From NCBI GenBank assembly GCA_044892525.1, contig CM097885.1, forward strand, positions 1,738,001-1,802,000: DNA of 64,000 nt, given 5' to 3'. The first letter of the stretch is position 1; each line of letters opens with the position of its first letter. The notes under the pieces were generated by a model. That model was not told the origin of the DNA and did no database searches. It worked only from the letters and a program-made list of their open reading frames with translations. This document shows, piece by piece, positions 43,801-56,533 of the stretch. The translations under genes were made by a program, and so were the position numbers. Origin of the DNA: Schmidtea polychroa. Taxonomy: Eukaryota.

Positions 43801-46800
43801 CTTTAAATATTTAATTGAATTTTAAAAATATTTAATTGAACTTTAAATATTTAATTGAATTTTAAAAATATTTAATTGAACTTTAAATATTTAATTGAAT
43901 TTTAAAAATATTTAATTGAACTTTAAATATTTAATTGAATTTTAAAAATATTTAATTGAACTTTAAATATTTAATTGAATTTTAAAAATATTTAATTGAA
44001 CTTTAATTGATTTTTAAAAATATTTAATTGAATTTTACAAATATTAAATTGAATTTTACAAATATTAAATTGAATTTTAAAAATATTAAATTGAATTTTA
44101 TAAATATTAAATTGAATTTTATAAATATTTAATTGAATTTTATAAATATTTAATTGAATTTTAAAAATATTAAATTGAACTTTATAAATATTAAATTGAA
44201 TTTTAAAAATATTTAATTGAACTTTATAAATATTTAATTGAATTTTATAAATATTAAATTGAACTTTATAAATATTAAATTGAATTTTAAAAATATTAAA
44301 TTGAACTTTAATCGATTTTTATAAATATTTAATTGAATTTTACAAATATTTAATTGAACTTTAAATATTTAATTGAATTTTAAAAATATTTAATTGAACT
44401 TTAAATATTTAATTGAATTTTAAAAATATTTAATTGAATTTTAAAAATATTTAATTGAACTTTAATTGATTTTTAAAAATATTAAATTGAATTTTATAAA
44501 TATTTAATTGAATTTTACAAATATTAAATTGAATTTTATAAATATTTAATTGAATTTTATAAATATTTAATTGAATTTTAAAAATATTTAATTGAACTTT
44601 AAATATTTAATTGAATTTTAAAAATATTTAATTGAACTTTAAATATTTAATTGAATTTTAAAAATATTTAATTGAACTTTAATTGATTTTTAAAAATATT
44701 AAATTGAATTTTATAAATATTTAATTGAATTTTACAAATATTAAATTGAATTTTATAAATATTAAATTGAATTTTATAAATATTTAATTGAATTTTATAA
44801 ATATTTAATTGAATTTTAAAAAAATTAAATTGAACTTTATAAATATTAAATTGAATTTTAAAAATATTAAATTGAACTTTATAAATATTTAATTGAATTT
44901 TATAAATATTAAATTGAACTTTAAAAATATTAAATTGAACTTTAAATATTTAATTGAATTTTAAAAATATTAAATTGAACTTTACAAATATTTAATTGAA
45001 TTTTATAAATATTTAATTGAATTTTATAAATATTAAATTGAATTTTAAAAATATTAAATTGAACTTTAATTGAATTTTACAAATATTAAATTGAATTTTA
45101 CAAATATTAAATTGAACTTTATAAATATTTAATTGAATTTTATAAATATTAAATTGAATTTTATAAATATTTAATTGAATTTTAAAAATATTAAATTGAA
45201 CTTTATAAATATTTAATTGAATTTTATAAATATTAAATTGAACTTTACAAATATTAAATTGAATTTTATAAATATTAAATTGAATTTTACAAATATTTAA
45301 TTGAATTTTATAAATATTAAATTGAATTTTATAAATATTTAATTGAATTTTAAAAAAATTAAATTGAACTTTACAAATATTAAATTGAATTTTATAAATA
45401 TTAAATTGAATTTTACAAATATTAAATTGAATTTTATAAATATTAAATTGAATTTTATAAATATTTAATTGAATTTTATAAATATTTAATTGAATTTTAA
45501 AAAAATTAAATTGAACTTTATAAATATTAAATTGAATTTTAAAAATATTAAATTGAACTTTATAAATATTTAATTGAATTTTATAAATATTAAATTGAAC
45601 TTTAAAAATATTAAATTGAACTTTAAATATTTAATTGAATTTTAAAAATATTAAATTGAACTTTACAATATTTAATTGAATTTTATAAATATTTAATTGA
45701 ATTTTATAAATATTAAATTGAATTTTAAAAATATTAAATTGAACTTTAATTGAATTTTACAAATATTAAATTGAATTTTACAAATATTAAATTGAACTTT
45801 ATAAATATTTAATTGAATTTTATAAATATTAAATTGAATTTTATAAATATTTAATTGAATTTTAAAAATATTAAATTGAACTTTATAAATATTTAATTGA
45901 ATTTTATAAATATTAAATTGAACTTTACAAATATTAAATTGAATTTTATAAATATTAAATTGAATTTTACAAATATTTAATTGAATTTTATAAATATTAA
46001 ATTGAATTTTACAAATATTTAATTGAATTTTATAAATATTAAATTGAATTTTACAAATATTTAATTGAACTTTAAATATTTAATTGAATTTTACAAATAT
46101 TTAATTGAACTTTAAATATTAAATTGAATTTTACAAATATTTAATTGAACTTTACAAATTGAATTTTACAAATATTTAATTGAACTTTACAAATTGAATT
46201 TTACAAATATTTAATTGAACTTTAAATATTAAATTGAATTTTACGAATATTTAATTTAACTTTAAATATTAAATTAAATTTTACGAATATTTAATTTAAC
46301 TTTAAATATTTAATTGAATTTTAAAAATATTTAATTGAACTTTAAATATTTAATTGAATTTTAAAAATATTTAATTGAACTTTAAATATTTAATTGAATT
46401 TTACAAATATTTAATTGAACTTTAAATATTAAATTGAATTTTACAAATATTTAATTGAACTTTAAATATTAAATTGAATTTTACAAATATTTAATTGAAC
46501 TTTAAATATTAAATTGAATTTTAAAAATATTTAATTGAACTTTAAATATTAAATTGAATTTTACAAATATTTAATTGAACTTTAAATATTAAATTGAATT
46601 TTAAAAATATTTAATTTAACTTTAAATATTTAATTGAATTTTAAAAATATTTAATTGAATTTTAAAAATATTTAATTGAACTTTAAATATTTAATTGAAT
46701 TTTAAAAATATTTAATTGAACTTTAAATATTTAATTGAATTTAAAAATATTTAATTGAACTTTAAATATTTAATTGAATTTTAAAAATATTTAATTGAAC

Positions 46801-47248
46801 TTTAATTGATTTTTAAAAATATTAAATTGAATTTTATAAATATTTAATTGAATTTTACAAATATTAAATTGAATTTTATAAATATTAAATTGAATTTTAT
46901 AAATATTTAATTGAATTTTATAAATATTTAATTGAATTTTAAAAAAATTAAATTGAACTTTATAAATATTAAATTGAATTTTAAAAATATTAAATTGAAC
47001 TTTATAAATATTTAATTGAATTTTATAAATATTAAATTGAACTTTATAAATATTAAATTGAATTTTAAAAATATTAAATTGAACTTTAATCGATTTTTAT
47101 AAATATTTAATTGAATTTTACAAATATTAAATTGAATTTTATAAATATTTAATTGAATTTTACAAATATTAAATTGAATTTTACAAATATTAAATTGAAT
47201 TTTAAAAATATTAAATTGAACTTTATAAATATTAAATTGAATTTAAAA
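7871..47248. repeat. ~39.4-kb AT-rich tandem satellite; basic unit 21 bp AATTGAA(T/C)TTTA(T/A/C)AAATATT(A/T), with 19-bp and 32-bp variant units
   Basis: Directly visible head-to-tail array in one orientation with no insertions seen. Variants AATTGAACTTTAAATATTT (19) and AATTGAACTTTAAT(C/T)GATTTTTA(T/A)AAATATT(T/A) (32). Roughly 1,900 units, estimated from length. Confidence 0.99.
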
Positions 47249-47357
47249 CCCTGTAAAAGTTTATAATTAAAATTAAAATTTGGGATATTTTATAAAATAC
47301 CTAAAACAATTAATATATAAAAATAAATTAAAAAAAAATATATTTAAAAACACATTT

Positions 47358-47783
47358 GGGTCATTGCATAATTACTTCACCCCAAAAATGACCATTTTTG
47401 ACCCACCTACACACCCTGTCACTTTTGGTCACATTTCTGTTGATCCATTCACCCCACCCCCCCCCCACACACACACAGTGTCGTCATTTTATTGTTCACG
47501 AAATGAGGGTAGCCTAGTGGTACCATACGGTCCTCTAGACTGCTTGGGAGCTTGCTGTAGCAACTATAATTGTTAGTCATCGTTGTCTAGTCAAAGTATC
47601 AGCATCACTGTGGCTTAATAGCAGAGGAAGATTGTTGCAATAATAATTCTTGTGGTCCATAAAATACAGCTAGCGTGACGTCACATTCAGCTCAACTCAT
47701 CCACCCACCACGTCACGTTTCGTCACGTTTTCAAGGAAACTACCCACCTACCCTCGAGCGTGATGTAATTATGAAATGACCCC
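47358..47783. mobile_element. MITE with ~23-bp TIRs (PIF/Harbinger-like termini)
   Basis: Left GGGTCATTGCATAATTACTTCAC; reverse complement of the right end GGGTCATTTCATAATTACATCAC (21/23). TSD ambiguous. Confidence 0.75.
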
Positions 47784-48552
47784 TTTAAAGAAAATTGAGA
47801 TAAAAAATAAATAAAGAAAATATAATTAAATCTAGAAGTTGCCAAAAAAACTAGAGAATCTAATACATTAATACAAAATTGCTAAAAAATAAAAATGTTG
47901 GGAGCACACTAAAACTAATTGAAAGAGCCGATTCCAACTTTGTTGAAGTTCAAAAAGAAAGAAATACGAGTTATTTCAGAATTTATGATAAAATACGACG
48001 ATTTTGTAGTTGTTCCACAGATAAAGAATTGGGCTATATGCGTGAACATGCCTGTAGGGTTATACAACGTTTTGGAGAACCTGGAAATTGGACCATTTTT
48101 GTAATAATTCTTTTTTTTCTATTTTGTTAAAATATCAATTTACTATTTATCAATAATACGGAGTTCGGTAAAAATATGTATGAAATTTTGTCCGTAAATT
48201 GGGTTAAATAATGTAGATATTAAACATAATTTAAGTTATAGCTTCAAAAAATAAAAATGGCGCAACAATGATTATTTGATTGTACCGATTGTACGATCTC
48301 ATTAACCAATGTCTATTTTTTATAATATCCTGCCACTGGAATAAGTTGATATCTGGAAGATTGGAGACAATTACAAAATGAATACGAGTGTAATTCATTA
48401 ACAAAGTTTACAATAAAATTATAGAAATTCCTATGTATAAGATATATTTTCTAACATATTTTCGTTCCGGGCCCCCTTATTGTTTATTCAACCGTGTTTA
48501 TAGGGCATGTTTTAGGTATGACTATAATGTTATATTTCTAATTAATAGCAAA

Positions 48553-48713
48553 TCTAATATATAAAGATGAAAGTTTGTTTGTTTGTTACCCATAGAATTC
48601 CCCACCGTTGGACCTAGGGCGCTGAGATTTTGCATGTGACCCTCATTTGACTTGGGACAGGTCATAGTCCTAGTTTCAACTCCAGATGACCATCCCATAG
48701 GGTACCCTAACCT
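48553..48713 (+). mobile_element. Non-autonomous Helitron-like (Lep1/DINE-type) 5' end
   Basis: A|TCTAATATATAAAGATGAAAGTTTGTTTGTTTGTT: TC start after A followed by a GTTT microsatellite, as I recall for Lep1-type elements. 3' end not found. Confidence 0.55.
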
Positions 48714-50160
48714 CATGGGCGTCCGCAGGAATCTTTCCAAGGGGGGGGGGGGGACAAAAAAAACAAAGTAGAGAACTTCTACATATTAATGTAATACTTA
48801 AACATACAACGATTAGTATCATTTAAATTCTTGTTATGCTCATTTACGAAAAAAAAGTTGTTACTATATATAATCAGTTTCAATTAAAGTCATTTTTATC
48901 GTTGAAACATTAATGTGATTTTAGGAATTAATAGAATAAAAAAACGTAAAAAAAGTTCTTTGTTGTATATTTCCCATAAATATTTATTCAATTATAAAAC
49001 AAAATTACAGACTTATTCATAAATATTACTTTTTGAAAAGAAACTGCAAATGTCTGTGATCTTGACCAAATTTATTGATCCCTTTGTCCATTACTTTTCG
49101 CTTATTTTTTCTGTCACTAGAAAGTCTATTTTCACACATTGTTGACCTTAGCCACGTTTTGACTCTTCTCAGTGTGCTAAATGATCTTTTAACCGTGCAA
49201 GTTGGCACTGACAATTTTAAAGCAATAAGAACTGCTTTCTTAATAGCTGGAAAAAGGTCTGTGAATTGTAATAAATCCATCATCCCATCGCGACTTATGA
49301 TTTCAAAATCCGACTTTTTAGTTGACCACATCTCAAATCAAGTGCTTGCCTCAGCATCAAAGTTTTCAATTTGATAATCCATTATGATGTTTTCTGTGTG
49401 AGTTTTGAATTCATCTTTTGAAAGTTTGAACATTTCCACTGGGTGAAGTGAAAATAGACTAAAATTTGATTATGTTTTTGTCATTGAATCTGCTCTCCAA
49501 CGATGAGATGATTGAATCCAAGTATGGTATAAAGACAGATCTTCGAAAGTATTCTTCAACAGTTGACCACCATTATTTGAACGATGTTTTTGCCTCTTAC
49601 ATTGTCTGGGAATTGGCAACTAGATGTTCAATTGTTCTGCCAATTTGTCACTTTGAGAAATAATGGTCTTAAAAACACTTCGTCATTTTGTCTGCGCTGC
49701 ATTTAGCGCCATTCTCTTTTATCAAAACTCACAAACCTTTCATCTTTATTTTCTCAAGTAAAATAATATTGTTAGACAAACACTTCAAAAAATGCAAAAA
49801 AAATGAAAAAAAATATTGATCTATAGTCGAAAATGAAGATACATAATTTGAATTTCAAAATAATCAATCAGTAAATAAGAAAATAAAGGATTTATTGATA
49901 ATTATTAAGCTTTACAATTTGTCGATAAGTTCCTTTATTATTTTCATTATTAATCAATTTATTTATAAATCAATATTTGAGTGAAATAAATAAAAACAGT
50001 GTTTTACTTTATAAACAAACAGGAAGCCGCTTTAAATTAAATTTTTTTATTATTTTTTTTGTCTTGGGTTTTCCCAACATTGTTTGAGCGCGTCTATTAA
50101 AATGTGTTTAAATTCATCAAAAAATAGAATGGTTTGGGAAATCCAGGGAGGGGGGGGGCA
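48714..50160 (-). mobile_element. Internally deleted hAT element with transposase C-terminal remnant (THAP12/PRKRIR-like type)
   Basis: Terminus-like CATGGGCGTCCGCAGGAATCTTTCCAAGGGG at 48714. Minus-strand peptides VEEYFRRSVFIPYLDSIISSLESRF (~49490-49560) and LFPAIKK..VPTCTVKRSFSTLRRVKTWLRSTM..RLS (49026-49331). G-rich subterminal run near 50146-50160; the second TIR is missing. Confidence 0.78.
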
Positions 50161-51058
50161 ATAACTTACATATTACATTTTGAAGCAGTAAATTTTCTCA
50201 TTACAATATTTACTCATAAATTTTATTCCCAAATTCATTTCCTCGATAAAATTTCCTAAATTATTATTAGGGTTCATTTTCACATGCAAGATTGATTACA
50301 TCCGTAACTTTTATTTATCCTCTTTATTTCTACTTTCAATTATTCTCTATACTCGTTTTTATAGTTTGTCCATATAGTTTGTCAGTTGTTGAAGGATCAT
50401 TTGAACGATAATGTAATGATTGCCATAACTTAGTTGCCTTCCTACAGTGAACTCATTGGTTTGTTTGACTTATATTATTTCCAAATTGAAATTAGTTCTG
50501 TTTCAGGTTTCCCATTAAATATAGTTTTGAATGAGGTGGAATCATTTTACTTATTACGTATTTCATATTCTAATTTAATGATTTACTAAAGACTTCCTGT
50601 GGGAACCGAATATCGGGGGAGCTTCGTTGCTGGCATTTTTTCTGTTGTGAAAATTTTTAATTAATGATCTTAGTTGATAAATGCAATTGATATAGGAGGC
50701 TTGATATTCACCTCTACGTCTATTATGATACTGTGACAAAGGATACTTGCCTTTGATTCACGACCAGTTGATTCGTCAATGCGATACTGAGTAAGGGAAC
50801 GAAAACAATTATCGAAAACCTAAATTCTGCTGCATAGTTATTATCTGAAAAGTTACCCAGTCCAATTAAATGCGATAATTATCTGAAACCTATTCAATGT
50901 TTTGCTAACTAATTTGTCCAATTTCATAATCTTCTTCATCATTCCTTTTCAGTGCAACAGAAGCATAGCGATGCAATTTCCCTTCCCATATCTTATTAGC
51001 CATTATCACTGTCAATTAATCAACTCATCTAATATATTTTATAGAAATTATTAGATCA

Positions 51059-52530
51059 CCCCCTCCCTCTATTTGCAATGGATTTATTTTCCTAGCATTC
51101 AAATCGTTTTCAATGGAATTTAATTATGAAATTTCTCGTATCAAATGAAGAGATTGATTAACATTTTCCATCTTGTTGAAATCTTTTGTATGAAAATTTT
51201 CAATTTTATGTGATTTTGCATCGTTTCTAGTTTGTCAAATTTGACTAATTTTGCATCAATAATTTACCATTTGTATTGTTTGCTATTGTTTTGGTATCTT
51301 TAGTGCTTCTAGTAATTAGGAATTCCACAACAATGTTTTCTGTATATTAGTTTTAGTAGTGTGGCAAATAATATTCTTTTCTAGAGGAAAGGATCTAGCT
51401 AAATGATCTAGTTCAATGTGGATTGATTACGACTGCTAACATTGGTCATTTTTATACCAATAGATTTAGGTGATTTAGTAGTGATGATTGTTACTTAACC
51501 TTCTCTTTGTACAGTAATGCAAACACTCCAGGTTAATAAAACCCTAAATAAAAAGAAAAATTTTCAAAGTTTTCATTAAACTACCTGCACAAATTTCATA
51601 TAGTAGTAAGACTTCAAAGTGGGAAAGGCTTAACATGGCTTCAAACAGTTTTTGCAAGCATATTGTATTTATTAAAAAAACTTGACTGTGAATCAGTAAA
51701 GATATCGATGTTTTTTATATCCACGAATTTTCGACACTGTCTTTTCCCAGTGATTTTGATATATACTCCAATGTCAATTTTGGGTTTTCAACTATGTCTA
51801 TTTCTGCAGTCTACTAGTAAATTGTAGTGTGATAAGAAATCAGCACCGATTATTGGTTGCCGTACTTCGGATGTAATAAACGACCAGCTGTATTCTTTGT
51901 TGTTGACTGTTATTATCGTTGAGTGTTCTCCTAATGTATTTATATTGGTACCATTAGCCGCGGTAAGTTTGTTATTTGTTGTTTTGAAGTTTTTCAACAT
52001 TTTGTAAGGTAATAGTAAAATGAATGAACCTGTTTCAATCAGGAAATTTTAGTTTTGCGAAATTTAGCCATTTTCGGGGTGTTCCATTTTCGTCGACGAA
52101 ATAGTTAGGGATATTCGGTTTAAGGTTTATTATTGAATTTATAGAAAAGGGATTATATATAGGGTTGAACCTAGGGTTAGAGTTGTCGTTTGTTGGCGGA
52201 GTGTTTTCTTCACTTATGTCTGTGAATCTTTTAAATACTCGATCGCCTTCTTGCTGAAAAGGGTTGTTTGCATTAGTTAATTATGTTTGTTTGTTCTTTG
52301 AAATATATTAATTTAGTCAAGGATATAGCTTACTGTGTTCAGTCAAAAGTGCCACCATTCTTTATGCCTCTGTATTAGGTATGATAAAAGAAAGGGCTTG
52401 AAATTTTTTTTCGCGAGTGTGTGTGTGTGTGTTATTTTCTGCTTCTGGCACCAGCTATGCTACGTAATATAATTGTTTCATTATAATTGTTGTGTTATCA
52501 TTTGATGGACCCAACCGAGTCACCTTTAAA
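51059..52530 (-). mobile_element. Degraded, internally deleted Gypsy-like relic (aspartic protease remnant)
   Basis: Minus strand ~52050-51788 reads NFLIETGSFILLLP...LTAANGTNINTLG...FITSEVRQPIIGADFLSHYNLLVDC (retropepsin with DTG degraded to ETG). PPT-like AGAGGGAGGGGG-TG at 51070-51057. Boundaries approximate. Confidence 0.7.
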
Positions 52531-53320
52531 ATTTGTATTGGGACTGCTGGTGTGCGTGTGTAAAAGTTAATATTTTATTATATGTTATGATTATGACAAA
52601 GTAATTAATAATAATACGAACCAATCTGATTTGAAGGATACATAACAAAATTCTTTCTTTGAATCTTCCAGAATTTTTCCAATCGTTTTTTATTTTTTAC
52701 TTTAATTTTATTTCCAATGATATTCTTGTTTTTTATTTAACTTTTTATTGGTTTTATTATTCGAATTCGTTTTTTTCATTATATGAACTTTTTATAATTA
52801 TGGCAATAAACCTTCATCCAACTGTCCTGAGTGAGGCCATTTATTCATCAATTATTTATCCCATTCCACGTGACGTAACTTATCAGGTCTTGTGAATATC
52901 AAATTGTATATCAAATATTAATCACTTCATACTCAAGGAAGTTTAACAGTTAAACAAAAATATAATAAAACACATTTTAACGTTACGTTATTTCCGAGAA
53001 CACAGATTTATGACTGACACCTAAAATTGATTTACAGCAAACAAAAAAATAACACGCATACATATATACAGTTTGCTGAAATATAAGCTTTGAAACTATA
53101 TCTGAATTTTGTATGATCATGTATATTTTTAGAAGTTTTATGAAAAATACCATTTGTAGAACTTCTCATTTTGCACATCAATTAGCTTCTTTTTCATTTA
53201 TAATTTTACTTTTTTCATTTTTAAAATAATACATTTTTCTACTGATAATTTTATTAATATTATTTATTGTAAATAAAGAAATAAACATGCCAATGATTTC
53301 ATTAAAACGCGTTATAAGTA

Positions 53321-53932
53321 CAGGAATACCTCGAACAGTACGGTTAATCGGTTCTGGAATTTAGCCGTACTATTTGAAACCAGAGCACACTGGCGCTAAT
53401 AAATTTACGATTAAGAAATTTAAAAATCGTGATTATAATCTAGTAAACAAAAAATATTTTGTTATGTATTTTTATTTTTCTGATATTCAAGAGCAAAACA
53501 AGCATATTTAACACAGTTGTACACTTAAATAAGCCGGCAATACAAATTCATTGCAACTAAATCAAAAAAAAGAATTTATTTCATTTTAAAAATATTAAAA
53601 ATAGCTGATGAAAAATAAGTAAATAAAATTAAATAAACACAACAATTTAATTTAAAAAAGATCAACAAAAGCAATTCACTTAAATTCTAATGTTTAGATT
53701 CATTTTTTATTGTTTAAAAATTTCAATAACGATGTCTGAACTTTTTTTGGTCGTTTCAAACAAATTATTAAACACGTGCCGTATGATTTTATAATAACGA
53801 ATAAATTCTAAAAATTAATTTAAAAAAACTTTTTTAAATTTCGAGATTTTTATTTAATCATTTTAAAAACAATCATATTTTGAAAATTTTAAAACCGTAC
53901 TGGTTGAAACCGTATTATGTGAGGTATTCCTG
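53321..53932. mobile_element. 612-bp Tc1/mariner-superfamily (pogo/Tigger-like) MITE with TA TSD
   Basis: TA|CAGGAATACCTCGAACAGTACGGTT ... AACCGTATTATGTGAGGTATTCCTG|TA. Confidence 0.85.
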
Positions 53933-54956
53933 TAATCTAATAATTAAATTACCTAATTAATAATTAGGTTGAATGGTTTGATGCATATGTGTATTTTAAT
54001 GTATGTCTGAAACATGTCTTATATTTCATGTTTATTACTACATAATAGTCGATACTTGAACTATTATGACATAAGAGATTTTAGAATATACTAAACTTTG
54101 AATTATTTAACAAGAATCACTCAATAAATTTTACATTATACGCCTAATTCCAAAATTTACCATAATCTAAAATAAATCAATAGTATAGGAACACACAAAC
54201 ATACATGTGTGTAAAAATTTAATGTTCCGAAATTTAATATATTTATTATTGGAATTGAGAAAGTGGCAGGAAGATAATTTAACATACCAACACAAAACAC
54301 AATCGAAGAATGCATGCAAATTTATTATAGCATTTTTTTCCGAAATTTATCATTAATTAACATATTGTTAACATATTATTATTAAAAAATTATGGAAGAA
54401 AAACTTTTTGATTCAGAATCTACCTTGAGCTACAGAGAAAAAGACGATAAAACATTGTCAGATTTAATTATAAAATAATTTTGAATTTAACATTTCCTTA
54501 GATTTTCAGATATTTTCCAATATTAATTCCAATTAATTTCATAAAATTCCTAAAATAACTGAAATTTAATTAAAAATAATTTCTATTATAAATGCTGACT
54601 AAAAGTAATATTTAAGAACTTGAATAATGATCTTATAATTATATAAAATCAAAATTCAAGTCTTAAAAGTTACTTAATATTAAAATACTTACCTGAAAAC
54701 CACTTTAAAATTAAATAAATGAAGTTATAAACTTCATTTTCACATAAATGGCGAGTCACCTCAAATGGTGTGTACACCAACGTGTATTATAGACAATGTT
54801 AAATTTTGGAATTAGGTGTATTTCAACAGTGTCATTCTCAGGTATGATAGAAAAAATTATAGATAATATAAATTTATTAAAAAACAATCTATAAAAAAAT
54901 TTTAAAAACAAAATTATTTATCTTCATAAACCACAATCAATTTAACATTCAGACTA

Positions 54957-55076
54957 CCCTTGAATCGCGCAGATAAGCCGCGGCTTATCTGAAAAAAAAC
55001 GTCAATTTTTTCAGAAAAATTGTCGAGTAATTTTTAAAAAAATACATAAATGCATTTTATCTGCGCGATTTTAGGG
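54957..55076. mobile_element. 120-bp MITE with TA TSD (Tc2/pogo-like termini)
   Basis: TA|CCCTTGAATCGCGCAGATAA ... TTATCTGCGCGATTTTAGGG|TA (18/20 inverted match). Confidence 0.75.
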
Positions 55077-56420
55077 TAGTTAAAAACATTCACAGCATTT
55101 TGCATATCAATTTTTGGATGCAATGATCTTAACAATAACGATTTGCATATCAAACATTCTCAATATTTTCAAACATGAATCCTTAGAATTATTAATACAT
55201 TTAACAAAAGTCGCTTTTATCAGCATTAAAAAAGATTTTGATTAACCCATTCTTCATTAGAAACTCAACCAAATTATCAGAATTTTGCTGAATTCCAGAA
55301 GTATTAGTCAGTTAAAAATCGCAAACATAGAAATTCTCTTTTAGGTGATGGTCCCATCATCCATTTAAAATCATTAATTTCTGAAACTTCAACTGATTTA
55401 CTTTTAAATTATATTTAAAATTAAGTAAATTAGAGTAATAATTTAAAATTTATGGTAAGATATTTTGAAAAATCGACGTCCACTGAGAATTTTAAAAAAG
55501 TAAAGCAGTTTTTAATGAAAATTTTTATGAAATAAATTTTTGTGAATAATAATAATAATTCAACCAATAACGAAGTATCAATAAATAGTTTAACCACTAT
55601 GCATCATCAACCAAATACCAACTACCATACATTTACTACCAGTTAATAACCAGTAAGTATTTACAAACAGCTAACAACAAACACAAAAAGATGCAATAAA
55701 AGAAAATATGCATTGCAAAGTTTATTCTTCATCACATATTTGCTTTTTATAAGCTCTTAATGATTCTGCCAGTAAAATATGGTTGTTTGAAAATAAATTT
55801 TTAATTTAAATTAAATTTTAAATAATAATTAGTTTAATTAATCTATAATATCTGTTAGACGCAATTAATTCAAGTCTTCTTCAAGCATTTATTTTTATAA
55901 CAACTTCAAAATTGAGCCGTTTACTAGCGTATTTAAACACCGAGGCGTGATAATTATTAATATTAATGTAATTACTGGTCATACATTTAATTGATTTAAT
56001 TTAATATATAATTTAAATATAAAAATTTAACAGAAATAATTATTTCTACTAACTGATCTCACTTCTACCATTTAACCATAATAATTTTATATAGAGATTT
56101 ACTAAATCCTTACAATATCTATAGTTATTTTTATCCTACTAAAGATGGCAATGAGAATGTCGAAATATTTATGAATAAAGATTATTTATATGAGTATAAT
56201 TATAACATTTATAAACGATAAAATCCAGGTTAGTCTTGACGGTTACCTACCTAATATGTAGCCTTGGCCTGAAATATATATTTATTATAGAATTAGTAAA
56301 AGCACCCTGCGATTAATGTATTGTAACACACTTATATTGGATACGCAATTGTCAATAATTTCTGGTGCGTTCTAGAGATTCGTTGTGAAATTTGTCGGCC
56401 ATTGGCTTTATCGACAAGTT

Positions 56421-56424
<4 letters not shown>

Positions 56425-56476
<52 letters not shown>
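56425..56476. repeat. (TA)26 microsatellite
   Basis: Perfect TA run. Confidence 0.97.
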
Positions 56477-56479
<3 letters not shown>

Positions 56480-56533
56480 CTGGTTAATATGTTGCTCATT
56501 TTTGTCAATTAATGATAATATTTGCATTCGCAG

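Larger units (their letters stand above)
6953..56533 (+). other. RFK: RFK intron 1, 49,581 bp (GT...AG, phase 1)
   Basis: Donor GTAATT at 6953 and acceptor tttgcattcgcag ending 56533. Joining G+CA restores the split T-A-N motif with no residues missing. Confidence 0.85.

Noticed and set aside
7871..47248. CRISPR-like or coding repeat interpretation of the array
   Set aside because: No unique spacers, no cas genes, eukaryotic context, and frequent TAA/TGA stops.
50700..52900. LTR pair around the Gypsy protease relic
   Set aside because: PPT-like and PBS-like motifs exist, but the sequences left of 51058 and right of 52535 show no visible similarity.
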